Source: an uncultured Candidatus Saccharibacteria bacterium (GTDB lineage Bacteria > Patescibacteriota > Minisyncoccia > GCA-002772825). Taken from it: a DNA stretch of 52,787 nt. This document shows positions 35,519-45,210 of the stretch, one piece after another (within the stretch, counting starts at the first letter, position 1; each line of letters starts with the position of its first letter). The notes beneath the pieces were generated by a model that did no database searches, was not told the origin of the DNA, and worked only from the letters and a program-made list of their open reading frames with translations. The translations under genes were made by a program, and so were the position numbers. The DNA lies in assembly GCA_964363045.1 (NCBI GenBank), contig CAYIGM010000002.1:1-52787 (forward strand), in the 5' to 3' direction.

Positions 35519-35962
35519 CTAAAAAGGTATCTCATCAGGATTGATATCATCTTCAGGATATTCTATGGTATCAACATTTTCATTTTTGCCACGCTCTTCT
35601 TGAGGCGCTCCTTGCGAAGAAGATTGCCCATCTGTCCTTCTTGGCCCAAACTGAACTCTCTCCGCCACAATTTCAGTCCTATATCTTTTATTTCCATCAG
35701 GTCCGTCCCAACTTCTGTTCTGAATTCTCCCTTCAATCAAGGCCGAGCTTCCTTTCTTAAGATATTGCGCGACAATCTCCGCTTGTTTGCCAAAAACTAC
35801 TATATTATGAAATTGAGTATCATCTTTGCGCTGGCCGCTCTGGTCTTTCCATACTCTATTAGTGGCGATAGAAAATGAAGCCACCTGCGCGCCCGAAGGA
35901 AGACTTCTTAATTCAGGGTCTCTCGTTAAATTGCCTATAAGCAGAACTTTATTCAGATTCAT
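35519..35962 (-). CDS. ssb: Single-stranded DNA-binding protein
   Basis: OB-fold N-terminus (NKVLLIGNLTRDPELR) and an acidic C-terminal tip DDINPDEIPF. Confidence 0.93.
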   Translation of the reverse strand: MNLNKVLLIGNLTRDPELRSLPSGAQVASFSIATNRVWKDQSGQRKDDTQFHNIVVFGKQAEIVAQYLKKGSSALIEGRIQNRSWDGPDGNKRYRTEIVAERVQFGPRRTDGQSSSQGAPQEERGKNENVDTIEYPEDDINPDEIPF

Positions 35963-35995
35963 AATTTATAAATTAAATATTAATTATTAAATAAA

Positions 35996-36505
35996 TCATA
36001 TACCGGCTATCTCCTCTAATTTTCTATCAATCTCCTCTTCTTTTATCTTTTCCTTGTGTGGCAAATCCGCTGATTGTTTTTCTATATTTTTTAATTTTGG
36101 CTCTCTTGCCGGTTTCTGAAAAGCGATTTCTTGCATCGCGCTAAGAATTAAAAATCGCAAAATATTGCCGTTCTCTTCAAGATTCTTTTTAAGACCCTCT
36201 ATGGCATCCGGTCTGGCCATAAATTTAATCCAGCCAAAATAAGCCATATTAAATTTCTTAATCTCATAAGCAAGCTGTCTATTCTTAGGAGTTTCTTCAT
36301 CGGTAATCAAACCCTTCTCTTTCTCTATGGCTGACCTCACTAAATTTACTTCATCGGCAAGCTTATCTACCGGTATTAAAGGCGTTAAAAGATACCCTAT
36401 CTCATATAGTTTAGGGTCGGCTTCCACATTTTCTTCAATTATATCTTTAATCTCCTCTATTTCATCCATAGGCGCTATATTAGCAAATATATCAGCGGAT
36501 TGCAA
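35996..36505 (-). CDS. rpsF: 30S ribosomal protein S6 with N- and C-terminal extensions
   Basis: Core YEIGYLLTP...RQLAYEIKK...YFGWIKF lies in the conserved rpsF-ssb-rpsR order. The track start is TTG 36505, preceded by AAGGA. An alternative ATG lies at 36469. Confidence 0.8.
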   Translation of the reverse strand: MQSADIFANIAPMDEIEEIKDIIEENVEADPKLYEIGYLLTPLIPVDKLADEVNLVRSAIEKEKGLITDEETPKNRQLAYEIKKFNMAYFGWIKFMARPDAIEGLKKNLEENGNILRFLILSAMQEIAFQKPAREPKLKNIEKQSADLPHKEKIKEEEIDRKLEEIAGI

Positions 36506-37282
36506 CTAATCCTTGCAAAACATCCTCAAAGCGTTTTCTACGGTGACTATGGCCACCTCCTCATAAGATATATTTCTTATTTCAGCGATTTTTTGAGCAA
36601 TCTCTTTCACATATAAAGGTTCATTGCGCTTGCCCCTGTAAGGGACAGGCGCCGTAAATGGCGAATCCGTCTCAATCATTATCTTATCAAGAGGCGCGCT
36701 TCTTATCACTTCATCATAATCACGGGAAAATGTAATGACACCGGCAAAAGAGATTGAAAAACCAAAATCAAAATATTTTTTCGCCATATCAAAATTTCCC
36801 GAAAAGAAGTGAATATTGCCGCGCAATTTATCACTATGCGCTAGATGATAAGAATGGAGAATTTTCAACACTTCATTATGGGCATCTCGGCAATGTATCA
36901 TTAAAGGTTTATTAATATCTATAGCCAATTCAATATGTTTCTTGAATATATCCGCTTGTCTCCCCATATCACCCTTATCACAATGGAATAAATCTATTCC
37001 GCACTCGCCTATCGCAACAACTTTTGGATGATCAGCCAATTTTCCATAAAAGCCATAATCAAATTCTTCATTCTCTCTGTCTGTTGGGTGAAGTCCGATA
37101 GATGCGAAAATATTTTCGTAGCGCTCCGCAAGCTCTATTGCCAATGTTGAAGTTTTTTTATCCGTGCCAACAACAATGCTAAAAATACCCTCCTCCCGCA
37201 TCTTTTCAATCACCTCTTCTCTATCATTATCAAACTCGGGAAAATTCAAATGCGAATGTATGTCAAATAATTTCGATTTCAT
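36506..37282 (-). CDS. tatD: TatD-family metal-dependent hydrolase (DNase)
   Basis: FDIHSHLNF, GECGIDL, MIHCRDA and ETDSPF motifs. ATG 37282 is preferred to the TTG at 37285. The gene ends in TAG. Confidence 0.9.
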   Translation of the reverse strand: MKSKLFDIHSHLNFPEFDNDREEVIEKMREEGIFSIVVGTDKKTSTLAIELAERYENIFASIGLHPTDRENEEFDYGFYGKLADHPKVVAIGECGIDLFHCDKGDMGRQADIFKKHIELAIDINKPLMIHCRDAHNEVLKILHSYHLAHSDKLRGNIHFFSGNFDMAKKYFDFGFSISFAGVITFSRDYDEVIRSAPLDKIMIETDSPFTAPVPYRGKRNEPLYVKEIAQKIAEIRNISYEEVAIVTVENALRMFCKD

Positions 37283-37330
37283 CAATTAATTTTAACAAAT
37301 TAAATCAAAAAAGAAAAACTTTAAAACTAA

Positions 37331-37363
37331 TCCTTAGTATTTGACGCGACCGCGATTTTTACT
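37331..37363 (+). repeat. Direct repeat copy 1 (contains the CGCG-AC-CGCG palindrome and the promoter of the PaaX-like gene)
   Basis: TCCTTAGTATTTGACGCGACCGCGATTTTTACT matches 38047-38079 at 28 of 33 positions by eye. Confidence 0.7.
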
Positions 37364-37369
37364 TAAAAT
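37341..37369 (+). promoter_or_regulatory. Candidate promoter of the PaaX-like gene (leaderless), with a palindrome in the spacer
   Basis: TTGACG (37341-37346), 17-nt spacer containing CGACCGCG, TAAAAT (37364-37369). The ATG at 37376 lies 6 nt downstream. Confidence 0.45.
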
Positions 37370-37375
37370 ATAAAT

Positions 37376-38023
37376 ATGCCAATACACAGACCAATAAAAT
37401 TTGAAAAAACGCTTGAACCGTCTATCATAAAAGAGATTGAGGAAATAGTCAGAAAAAATCCTAAAGCCAAAACTATATTAAACGCAACATTGGCTATCAT
37501 AGCGCTTGGAGGTATTCTAACGATAGGAGCATTGGCACCAGGCCTTGCTGGCGAAATTGTCAAAGCACAAAAACAGAGAAAAAAACAATCTTATGATGAT
37601 TATCAAAAAATCTGGCACAGTTTCAATTCATTAAAAAAACAAAAAGATCTACAATTTGTAAGAGAAAAAGGTGATTACCTTGTTTATCGTTTAACAAAAA
37701 AAGGGCGAGAAAAAATTAAAAAATTGATACTAAATGAATTTATTATTAAAAAACCAACCAAATGGGACAAAAAATAGCGATTGGTAATTTTTGACATTCC
37801 CGAAACAAAAAAAGGGGCGAGGGATGCTTTAAGAAACAAACTTATTCAATTAGGGTTTTATCAATGCCAAAAAAGCACATGGATTCATCCTTTTCCATGT
37901 TTAGAAGAAATAGAATTTTTAAAACAACAGTTAGCCATTAAACCTTTCGTTAAATTATTTTTAATTGAAGAAATGACGGACGGAAAGGCGCTGTACTATT
38001 TTAAAAACTTAATAAAAATATGA
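37376..38023 (+). pseudogene. PaaX-family-like regulator interrupted by one in-frame TAG (37775-37777)
   Basis: ORFs 37376-37777 and 37781-38023 are in the same frame. The junction KWDKK*RLVIFDIPE matches the family block KWDGKWR.VIFDIPE, with TAG in the Trp (TGG) position. Confidence 0.65.
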
Positions 38024-38046
38024 CTTCTTATTTTTTATAAATTGTA

Positions 38047-38079
38047 TCTTTAGTATATTTCGCGACCGCGATTTTTATT
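38047..38079 (+). repeat. Direct repeat copy 2 (degenerate promoter/operator copy downstream of the PaaX-like gene)
   Basis: TCTTTAGTATATTTCGCGACCGCGATTTTTATT. Confidence 0.7.
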
Positions 38080-38206
38080 AAGGATACTTAATAAACTGGA
38101 TCGGATTGGGTTTAATTGGAAAATATCTTTAAATTATGAAATACAATTTCCCCATTCTTCCCTTAGTAATACCGCAAGGCAAACCATAGAAAAATCGCTA
38201 CGCGTA

Positions 38207-39631
38207 TTATTCTTTTCTTAAAAATAACGGCTCCGGCATTTTGTTTGTTTTAATCGCATCTTTTATTTTTTGCGAAGTTTCAGGCATAAATGGAGCAATC
38301 AAATCAGCTATATTCCAAAGCTCGCCGGTTAATCCGGCAATTTCGCCAAGAGCTTTTTCTTTATCTGTCTTTATAAGTTTAAACGGCTGAGTTTCCTGAA
38401 TGCGCTTATCCATGCCACTTATCCTCTCCCAAACAAAATCCATTGCTTTATTGAATTCAAATTTTTCAATAAAATCTTTATATTCCACCGGAAAATCCTC
38501 ATCAACATCCGCAATCGGAGCATTAAGATAGGATTCGCTCATCTTTAAAATTCGCGCCGTCAAATTACCAAGACCATTCGCTAAATTGGAGTTATACATT
38601 TCTTTAAATTTTTCCTCCGTAAAATCGCTGTCTTCAAAAGGAGAAACTTCACGCGTCAGATAATAACGCAAAGCATCAGTACTGTAACGTTCCACAATAT
38701 CAAACGGGTCCACAACATTGCCCAAAGTTTTTGACATTTTCTGGCCGCCGCTTGTGATAAATCCGTGAATTATCACCTGTTTGGTATTTGGCAAACCGAC
38801 AGACATAAGCATAGCCTGCCACATTACGGCCTGCTGGCGTAGATTGTCTTTGCCCGCCACCTGAATACCCGGCCAAAAAGCGCGAAATTTTTCTTCATCT
38901 TTAGGCCAGCCAAGCGTTGAAATATAATTTACTAAAGCGTCAAACCACACATACATCACATGGTCTTGGTCACCGGGAACCGACACTCCCCACGGCATCT
39001 TCTCTTTTAATCGAGAAATGCTGAAATCGCAAATTCCGCTTGCCACAAATTTTTTTGCTTCATTAAATCTTTTTTCCGGTAAAACAAAATCCGGATTCTT
39101 TTCATAAAAATCAATCAATTTGTCTTTATACTTGGAAAAACGAAAAAAATAATTTTCTTCTTCAATTATTTCTATTTTCAAACTTGGATGCTCCGGGCAT
39201 TTGCCGTCCGTAAGGTCAGAATCAGTTTTCTCCATTTCGCAGCCAACGCAATATTTAACTTTATAATTTTTCTTATAAATATCCCCGGCCTCAAAAGACC
39301 TTTTCCAAAATTCCTGAGCGGCTTCTTTATGATAATTGTCAGTAGTGCGGATAAAAGCATTATTGCTTAAATTAAGCGCTTTCTGCAATTTCCTGAAATT
39401 TTCCGCGCAAGCATCGCAATAATTTTGCACTATTTCGCCTCTCTCCTCCGCCTTGCGATACACCTTAAGCCCGTGCTCATCGGTGCCGGTATTAAAAAAT
39501 ACATCCTTCCCCATGCTTCTTTTAAAACGAGCTAAAATATCCGCCTCCACCAATTCAAAAGCATGCCCCAAATGAGGGTTGGCGTTAACATACGGCAAAG
39601 TGGTTGTAATGTAAAATTTCCCTTTTTCCAT
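38207..39631 (-). CDS. metG: Methionine--tRNA ligase
   Basis: PYVNANPHLGHAFE (HIGH), KMSKTLGN (KMSKS) and a Zn knuckle CVGCEM...CPEH. ATG 39631 was chosen because the longer track ORF overlaps the upstream gene. Confidence 0.93.
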   Translation of the reverse strand: MEKGKFYITTTLPYVNANPHLGHAFELVEADILARFKRSMGKDVFFNTGTDEHGLKVYRKAEERGEIVQNYCDACAENFRKLQKALNLSNNAFIRTTDNYHKEAAQEFWKRSFEAGDIYKKNYKVKYCVGCEMEKTDSDLTDGKCPEHPSLKIEIIEEENYFFRFSKYKDKLIDFYEKNPDFVLPEKRFNEAKKFVASGICDFSISRLKEKMPWGVSVPGDQDHVMYVWFDALVNYISTLGWPKDEEKFRAFWPGIQVAGKDNLRQQAVMWQAMLMSVGLPNTKQVIIHGFITSGGQKMSKTLGNVVDPFDIVERYSTDALRYYLTREVSPFEDSDFTEEKFKEMYNSNLANGLGNLTARILKMSESYLNAPIADVDEDFPVEYKDFIEKFEFNKAMDFVWERISGMDKRIQETQPFKLIKTDKEKALGEIAGLTGELWNIADLIAPFMPETSQKIKDAIKTNKMPEPLFLRKE

Positions 39632-39638
39632 TGCAGAA

Positions 39639-40694
39639 TTATATCTCTCTCTTAAAAAGGTGCTTTCTCTCCACAATGTCTCTTGAAAACTCCATTAAAA
39701 CAGTCGCGACCGGAATAGCCAAAAGCACGCCAAAAAAACCGGCCAATTCACCGCCTATGACCAAAGAGAGAATTACCAAAATAGGCGGAATTCCAATAAT
39801 CTTTTTCACAACCAAAGGATAAATCAGATGATTCTCAAATTGCTGAATAATTATATATAAACCTATGACCATCAATCCTAAAGTGGGCGACTGAAGAAAA
39901 GCCACGCCTATCGCGGGTATGGATGCCATTATAGGGCCAAAGAACGGCATAAGTTCAAAAAGCGCTGAAATAATTCCAAAAATAAGCGCGTATTTCACAC
40001 CTAAAATAGTGAGTCCCAGATAAACCAAAATCCCCACCAGAACTCCGAGCAATATCTGACCCTGGAGCCACAAGCCTATTTTTTTCTGAACTCTCCGCCA
40101 AAGCCCTATGACATATTCTTCATCGCTGTCCGGCGAAATAATTCGCAGAAAATTCTCAATACCGTCTTTCTGAACCGCGAGATAAAATGATATGATAACA
40201 ATCAAGATAAATGACGAAGCGCCGCCAAAAACAGCGGACGCGGCTTGAAAAAATCCAGAAGTTATCTTGCCACTGGAAGCTTCAAGAACTTTAGTCAAAT
40301 CTGAAATAGCAATGGATAATGATTCCGGTATGCTTACTATGAAAGAAGAAAAGGTGGCTGATTCAAACGGCTTATTAAGATAAGTTGGAATCGCCTCGGT
40401 AAATCCTGATAGATTTTGAAATACGGGCGGTATTAGGAAAACAAATATTCCGCCTATTATTAAAAAGGATATCAGATAAATAAATAAAACACCGGCTACT
40501 CTTGGAACGCGCCGTCTTTCCGCCCAGCGAGCCGCCGGCTCAACAGCGGAAGCAATGACGATGGAAATTAAAATAACCATGGCTATATCCTTTAATATAT
40601 AGATAAACCAAGCGAGCGCGACAAAGACCGCCATCTTAATAATCGTTCCGCTCGTAATGCTTATTGTAATATTTTTTTCTTTTTTATCATTCAT
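39639..40694 (-). CDS. AI-2E family transporter (PerM/UPF0118)
   Basis: 8 TM-type hydrophobic profile. C-terminal ...IIIQQFENHLIYPLVVKKIIGIPPILVILSLVIGGELAGFFGVLLAIPVA. Confidence 0.85.
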   Translation of the reverse strand: MNDKKEKNITISITSGTIIKMAVFVALAWFIYILKDIAMVILISIVIASAVEPAARWAERRRVPRVAGVLFIYLISFLIIGGIFVFLIPPVFQNLSGFTEAIPTYLNKPFESATFSSFIVSIPESLSIAISDLTKVLEASSGKITSGFFQAASAVFGGASSFILIVIISFYLAVQKDGIENFLRIISPDSDEEYVIGLWRRVQKKIGLWLQGQILLGVLVGILVYLGLTILGVKYALIFGIISALFELMPFFGPIMASIPAIGVAFLQSPTLGLMVIGLYIIIQQFENHLIYPLVVKKIIGIPPILVILSLVIGGELAGFFGVLLAIPVATVLMEFSRDIVERKHLFKREI

Positions 40695-40696
40695 AC

Positions 40697-41977
40697 TTAT
40701 TTTGAAAATATTTTTCTTATTTTTTCAGAATCTATATTTTTGCCATCCTCCGGTATAATGCCGGCTATATTTATATTCTTCGGACGAAAGATATCCCTCG
40801 CTACTTTCATAATATCACTTGCGGTGACTTTTTCAATCTTTTTCATATATTCAACAGGAGTTAAAATTTTACCGCAAAAAAGCTCTTGTTCACCAAAAAA
40901 ATCAGCTATTTCTTCAGTATGTTCAAGAGAAAGAGTCATTCTGCCTCGTAAAAACTCTTTAGCAAAATAAAGCTCGTTCTTTGACAATTTGCGCTTCTTA
41001 AAATCATCCATCAATTTTGCTATTATCTGAAAGACAAGATAAAGTTTTTCCTTGGGCACGCCTGCGCGTATATTCAGATAACCGGAATCTTCATACTGGG
41101 CTCCGGACGCGCCAAGATAATAAGCAAGCCCGCGTTTTTCTCTTAATTCCTTAAAAAGTCGAGAAGACATATTTCCTCCCAAAATTACAGCCAAAATATC
41201 AAGAGCGTATTTTCTCTCGTCATTTATTCCATACGCGCGAGCGCCAACGACGATATGAGATTGGTCGCATTTTTTATCTTTTAAACTTATTTTTACTTCT
41301 TTCTGCTTTACCTTAGGCGGTAAAATCTTTTTTAACTTGCCGGTTTTAAGCCCGCTGAATAATTTACCAATCTTTTCAAACGCCGATTTTTCATCAATAT
41401 CTCCAGCGACAACCACTACTATATTATTCGGCAAATATCGTTTTTCCCTATATTTTATAATATCAGTCCGAGAAATATTTTTCACGCTTTCGCTCGCGCC
41501 AAGAGTCGCCATACTATGAGGATTCCCTTCATAAATCATACTTTCAATATCCCTTACTACTTTATCGCGAGGCTGATCTTCATACATTGATATCTCCTGC
41601 AAAATCACCCCTCGTTCTTTTTCTATTTCTTTTGCGTCAAAAATCGGATTTAAAACCATATCAGACACGACATCAAGGCCAATATCAAAATTACTAGAAG
41701 CGGACTTCACCCAAAATCCGGTAATTTCTTTACTGGTAAAAGCATTATTTTCTGCTCCTATACTATCAAGCTCTTTACTGATTGCCCCGGGTTTGGGCCT
41801 GTTTTTAGTCCCTTTAAAAACAAGATGCTCAAGAAAATGAGAGATGCCATTTACTTTTTTGTCTTCATTTTTAGCACCCGTCTTTACAAGCACCTGAAAA
41901 ACAACCGATTCCGTATTTTTCATCGGCGCAATAATGACCCTCAAGCCATTCTTCAAAGTATGTTTTTCGTATTTCAT
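40697..41977 (-). CDS. M16-family zinc peptidase (pitrilysin-like)
   Basis: HFLEHLVFKGT inverted zinc motif (HxxEH). The ~420-aa two-lobe length fits. Confidence 0.88.
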   Translation of the reverse strand: MKYEKHTLKNGLRVIIAPMKNTESVVFQVLVKTGAKNEDKKVNGISHFLEHLVFKGTKNRPKPGAISKELDSIGAENNAFTSKEITGFWVKSASSNFDIGLDVVSDMVLNPIFDAKEIEKERGVILQEISMYEDQPRDKVVRDIESMIYEGNPHSMATLGASESVKNISRTDIIKYREKRYLPNNIVVVVAGDIDEKSAFEKIGKLFSGLKTGKLKKILPPKVKQKEVKISLKDKKCDQSHIVVGARAYGINDERKYALDILAVILGGNMSSRLFKELREKRGLAYYLGASGAQYEDSGYLNIRAGVPKEKLYLVFQIIAKLMDDFKKRKLSKNELYFAKEFLRGRMTLSLEHTEEIADFFGEQELFCGKILTPVEYMKKIEKVTASDIMKVARDIFRPKNINIAGIIPEDGKNIDSEKIRKIFSK

Positions 41978-41979
41978 TA

Positions 41980-43272
41980 TTAAATTATGTTAATTTTTGT
42001 CTTCAAAAAATCAAGCAGTTCGGAAGATTTTATTCGCTCCTGCTCCCCAGTATCCCTGTCTCTCACTGTCATGGTATCATCTTCCAATGTATCAAAATCC
42101 ACAGTGATGCAATAGGGTGTCCCTATCTCATCTTGTCTTCGGTATCTTTTACCGATATTACCATTTGTATCAAACATTATCTGAGGGACCTCTTTTTTAA
42201 TCATATCGTAAACTTCGCGCGCTTTACCTACAAGCTCAGGCTTATTTTTAAGAAGCGGAAATATAGCCGCTTTGACAGGAGCGACGGGTGGCTTAAACTT
42301 GAGAAAAACGCGTGGCTCCCCTCCCAAACTATCTTCCGTATATGAATCAGAAAGCAAAGCGAGGACTGTCCTATCTACTCCGAAAGTCGGTTCAATTACA
42401 TGAGGGATAAAGGTCTCTTTTGCTTCTTCGTCATAATAATCAAGTTTATGATTTTTAAGGTCAAAGTCGGTTCTATACGCCAACCCGTAAAGCTCGCTCA
42501 CTCCAAAAGGAAACTTATATTCAAAATCAATCGTTCTTTTGGAATAATGAGCAAGGTCGTCTTTTGAAACTTCAAGCTCCGAAACATTACCGGGCGAAAG
42601 CCCTATCCCATCAATCCAAGAAAGCATCTCTTGTCTCCAGTATTCAAAATATTTTTCCCAATCTTTTTCCCTTATAAAATATTCTATCTCCATTTGTTCA
42701 AACTCCCTGGTGCGAAAGATAAAATCCTTGGGCGTAATTTCATTCCTGAAGGCTTTACCTATCTGACCGATGCCAAACGGAATTTTAGGATGAAAGGAAT
42801 CAACAATGTTGCCAAAATTTACAAACATCCCTTGAGCTGTTTCCGGGCGAAGATAAACTTGCGCCGAAGTCTCTTCAACCGGACCTATTGATGTTTTAAA
42901 CATCATATTAAACTGCTTTTCATCCGTAAGCTCTCCGTCGCATTCAGGACATTTATCATCTTTCAAATGGTCAGCTCGAAAACGCTTATGGCATTTTTTA
43001 CATTCCACTAAAGGGTCTGAGAAACCGGAAACATGTCCTGAAGCTTCCCAGACTTTTGAATTCATAATTATAGCCGCGTCAATTCCATACATATCATCCT
43101 TATTTAAAACAAACTTCTTCCACCATAGATTTTTTATATTATTCTTCATCTCAATGCCAAGCGGACCGTAATCCCAAGTGCCAGCCAGCCCACCATACAC
43201 ATCAGAGCCCGGATATATAAACCCGCGCCGTTTTGCTAAAGATACGATTTTCTCCATTTTTGATATTTCCAT
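41980..43272 (-). CDS. glyQS: Glycine--tRNA ligase (dimeric class II type)
   Basis: RRGFIYPGSDVYGG, YLRPETAQG, FRNEITP and GVDR motifs, plus a C-terminal anticodon-binding domain. Confidence 0.93.
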   Translation of the reverse strand: MEISKMEKIVSLAKRRGFIYPGSDVYGGLAGTWDYGPLGIEMKNNIKNLWWKKFVLNKDDMYGIDAAIIMNSKVWEASGHVSGFSDPLVECKKCHKRFRADHLKDDKCPECDGELTDEKQFNMMFKTSIGPVEETSAQVYLRPETAQGMFVNFGNIVDSFHPKIPFGIGQIGKAFRNEITPKDFIFRTREFEQMEIEYFIREKDWEKYFEYWRQEMLSWIDGIGLSPGNVSELEVSKDDLAHYSKRTIDFEYKFPFGVSELYGLAYRTDFDLKNHKLDYYDEEAKETFIPHVIEPTFGVDRTVLALLSDSYTEDSLGGEPRVFLKFKPPVAPVKAAIFPLLKNKPELVGKAREVYDMIKKEVPQIMFDTNGNIGKRYRRQDEIGTPYCITVDFDTLEDDTMTVRDRDTGEQERIKSSELLDFLKTKINII

Positions 43273-43284
43273 ATTTTTATTATA

Positions 43285-45204
43285 TTATTGAATTACTTTT
43301 TCCTGCCCAGATTCAAATCTGGAATCATTATCAAGTCTCGTAGTCAATACTCCCTTAATTTTTCTGATATCTATCCCGGCAAATGAATCCTTCCCCTCTA
43401 TAACAGTCTCCGAAACAAGATTCGGCGCAAAACCAACCTGTGAAAGCGAGGGGAGAAATCCTATTTGAAAAGAGATGTCTCTGGCCGGCTTCAATATCCC
43501 CGTCCCCGCGGAAATAAAACCGGCCTTCCAGACAACTTCGCCGGTATTTTTATCATAAGAGATAATATCATCTTGAGGAGACAAAGCGCCAGCCCATTCA
43601 ACATAAGACGGTAAAAAAGCCCTCACTTCCGCATTTTCAATATCATTTGTGGAATTGGAAAGCGACCAAACAATCGTATAAGTTGTCTTCTCCCCGGCTT
43701 TAGGCGGCAAGGGCCCGGTATTTTTAAAAGCCCCTTCATAATAAAGCGCTTGCGAGGCAAACTGAAGATTAGAAGCTATTTTTATATCTTTCTTGATTGC
43801 GCTTTTGACATTCACATCATCATATCCGCCGATAGTCTTCTCCCCAAAAATATTCGCCTCTAAAGAGATGACAAAATTCTTATCATTGGCATTCTTTTGG
43901 GGCAAATTGCCGGAGACAGAAAAAGTAAAACTAACCTTCCCTTCTCCGCCGGGTTCCATAAACTTAAATTCCGGCACTGACGAAGCATTCCACACCAAAG
44001 TCTGATCTGATGTTCTATAAAATCCGTTGACCGGAGAAATTGACTGAAAATTAACAGCACTGCCTGTTAATTTAACTTCAACAATGCCATTCTTTATTCT
44101 AACCGGCAGATTATTTTTCCAAAAAATATCAACCCTCATAATGTCCCCCGGGGAAGCTATATTATCTTTCTCATCATTATTATTTATAAATAAAGCCAAA
44201 TCTAAAAGTGTTTTTTTAATGACAACTGTTTCAGCTTTCTCTCCATAAACTTCAAGCTCATTATTTTCATTCAAAACTCCAACTTGAGCGAGAAAACCTT
44301 TTTCATCTAAATCGCTCCCATCTACCGTGCCTTTAATACTTATAACTCTTTTTTTTCCCGGTTCCAGCGCCCCTATATTCCATAAATTATCTTTGCCGGA
44401 AGATATCTTTGGACTGCTTTCTTTAAATTGAAATCCCGGCGGATACTGCATTTGCAAAACAAGATTATCAATCACGCTCTCTGCCTTAGATACATATTCA
44501 ACATCAAAATCAAGCTCTTGTTTTGCATTTGTCTCCTTGGGAAGTTTTATAGTAACCTCCACCGGCGATTCAAGCAATTTAATGGTCTTTTTTTCCGTTT
44601 TAACAAAAATAGCGTTTGAACCGGCGAGTCTGTATTCCAGAGTGGCATTTATAACTTTTTCACTGCCTTCACTCCCAAGCAGAATCAAATTTATCTCTTC
44701 AGTCGCTTTTCCGCCGGGAGATATCTGCCCCAGCTGATATCTCTGCTTTAAAGACTTGTCATCATTTTTCAAATTACGGGCTCCGGAAGGATATTCCAAT
44801 ATAAAGTCGGCAAATTCAAGCGGGGCATTATTATTATTGGACACGGCGACTTTCCAACTGTTAAGCTTGCCGCCCGACACGCTTCCCGGCCCTTCAAAAG
44901 TAATTTCAATATCATTTGAAGAGATAAAATTAAAACCTTTATTCCAAAAATAAGCTGTAGCCAAAAGAGCGATAGAAAAAAATACTCCGGCAAAGAGAAG
45001 AGCCATCCGCATCATTTTAGAAACAAAAGTTTTTTTCTTTGTCATATTTAAAGAAGAATTCCATTGAGATTTGTCTTTATCCGCCTCTGCCTCAAACTGC
45101 GTATTCAAACCAAGAAACGGGCGCTTTGCTCTGTTCTGAAAAGAATGCCCCTGGCTGTAAAGATTTCTTTTTAATTTCTCTATATTATCGGTATTTTCTG
45201 ACAT
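43285..45204 (-). CDS. Membrane-anchored protein with several CARDB/DUF11-like beta-sandwich domains
   Basis: A cytoplasmic N-tail, one TM (ALLFAGVFFSIALLATAYFW), then repeated PG.K..(I/V)S(I/F).(G/V) beta-sandwich signatures. Confidence 0.7.
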   Translation of the reverse strand: MSENTDNIEKLKRNLYSQGHSFQNRAKRPFLGLNTQFEAEADKDKSQWNSSLNMTKKKTFVSKMMRMALLFAGVFFSIALLATAYFWNKGFNFISSNDIEITFEGPGSVSGGKLNSWKVAVSNNNNAPLEFADFILEYPSGARNLKNDDKSLKQRYQLGQISPGGKATEEINLILLGSEGSEKVINATLEYRLAGSNAIFVKTEKKTIKLLESPVEVTIKLPKETNAKQELDFDVEYVSKAESVIDNLVLQMQYPPGFQFKESSPKISSGKDNLWNIGALEPGKKRVISIKGTVDGSDLDEKGFLAQVGVLNENNELEVYGEKAETVVIKKTLLDLALFINNNDEKDNIASPGDIMRVDIFWKNNLPVRIKNGIVEVKLTGSAVNFQSISPVNGFYRTSDQTLVWNASSVPEFKFMEPGGEGKVSFTFSVSGNLPQKNANDKNFVISLEANIFGEKTIGGYDDVNVKSAIKKDIKIASNLQFASQALYYEGAFKNTGPLPPKAGEKTTYTIVWSLSNSTNDIENAEVRAFLPSYVEWAGALSPQDDIISYDKNTGEVVWKAGFISAGTGILKPARDISFQIGFLPSLSQVGFAPNLVSETVIEGKDSFAGIDIRKIKGVLTTRLDNDSRFESGQEKVIQ

Positions 45205-45210
45205 TTTTCA

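Noticed and set aside
37775-37777. TAG in the PaaX-like gene as evidence for stop-codon reassignment or an alternative genetic code.
   Set aside because: TAG ends tatD (36506-36508) and ssb (35519-35521) at the expected protein C-termini. TGA and TAA also end well-conserved genes. All long ORFs are intact under code 11, so a point nonsense change is the simpler explanation.
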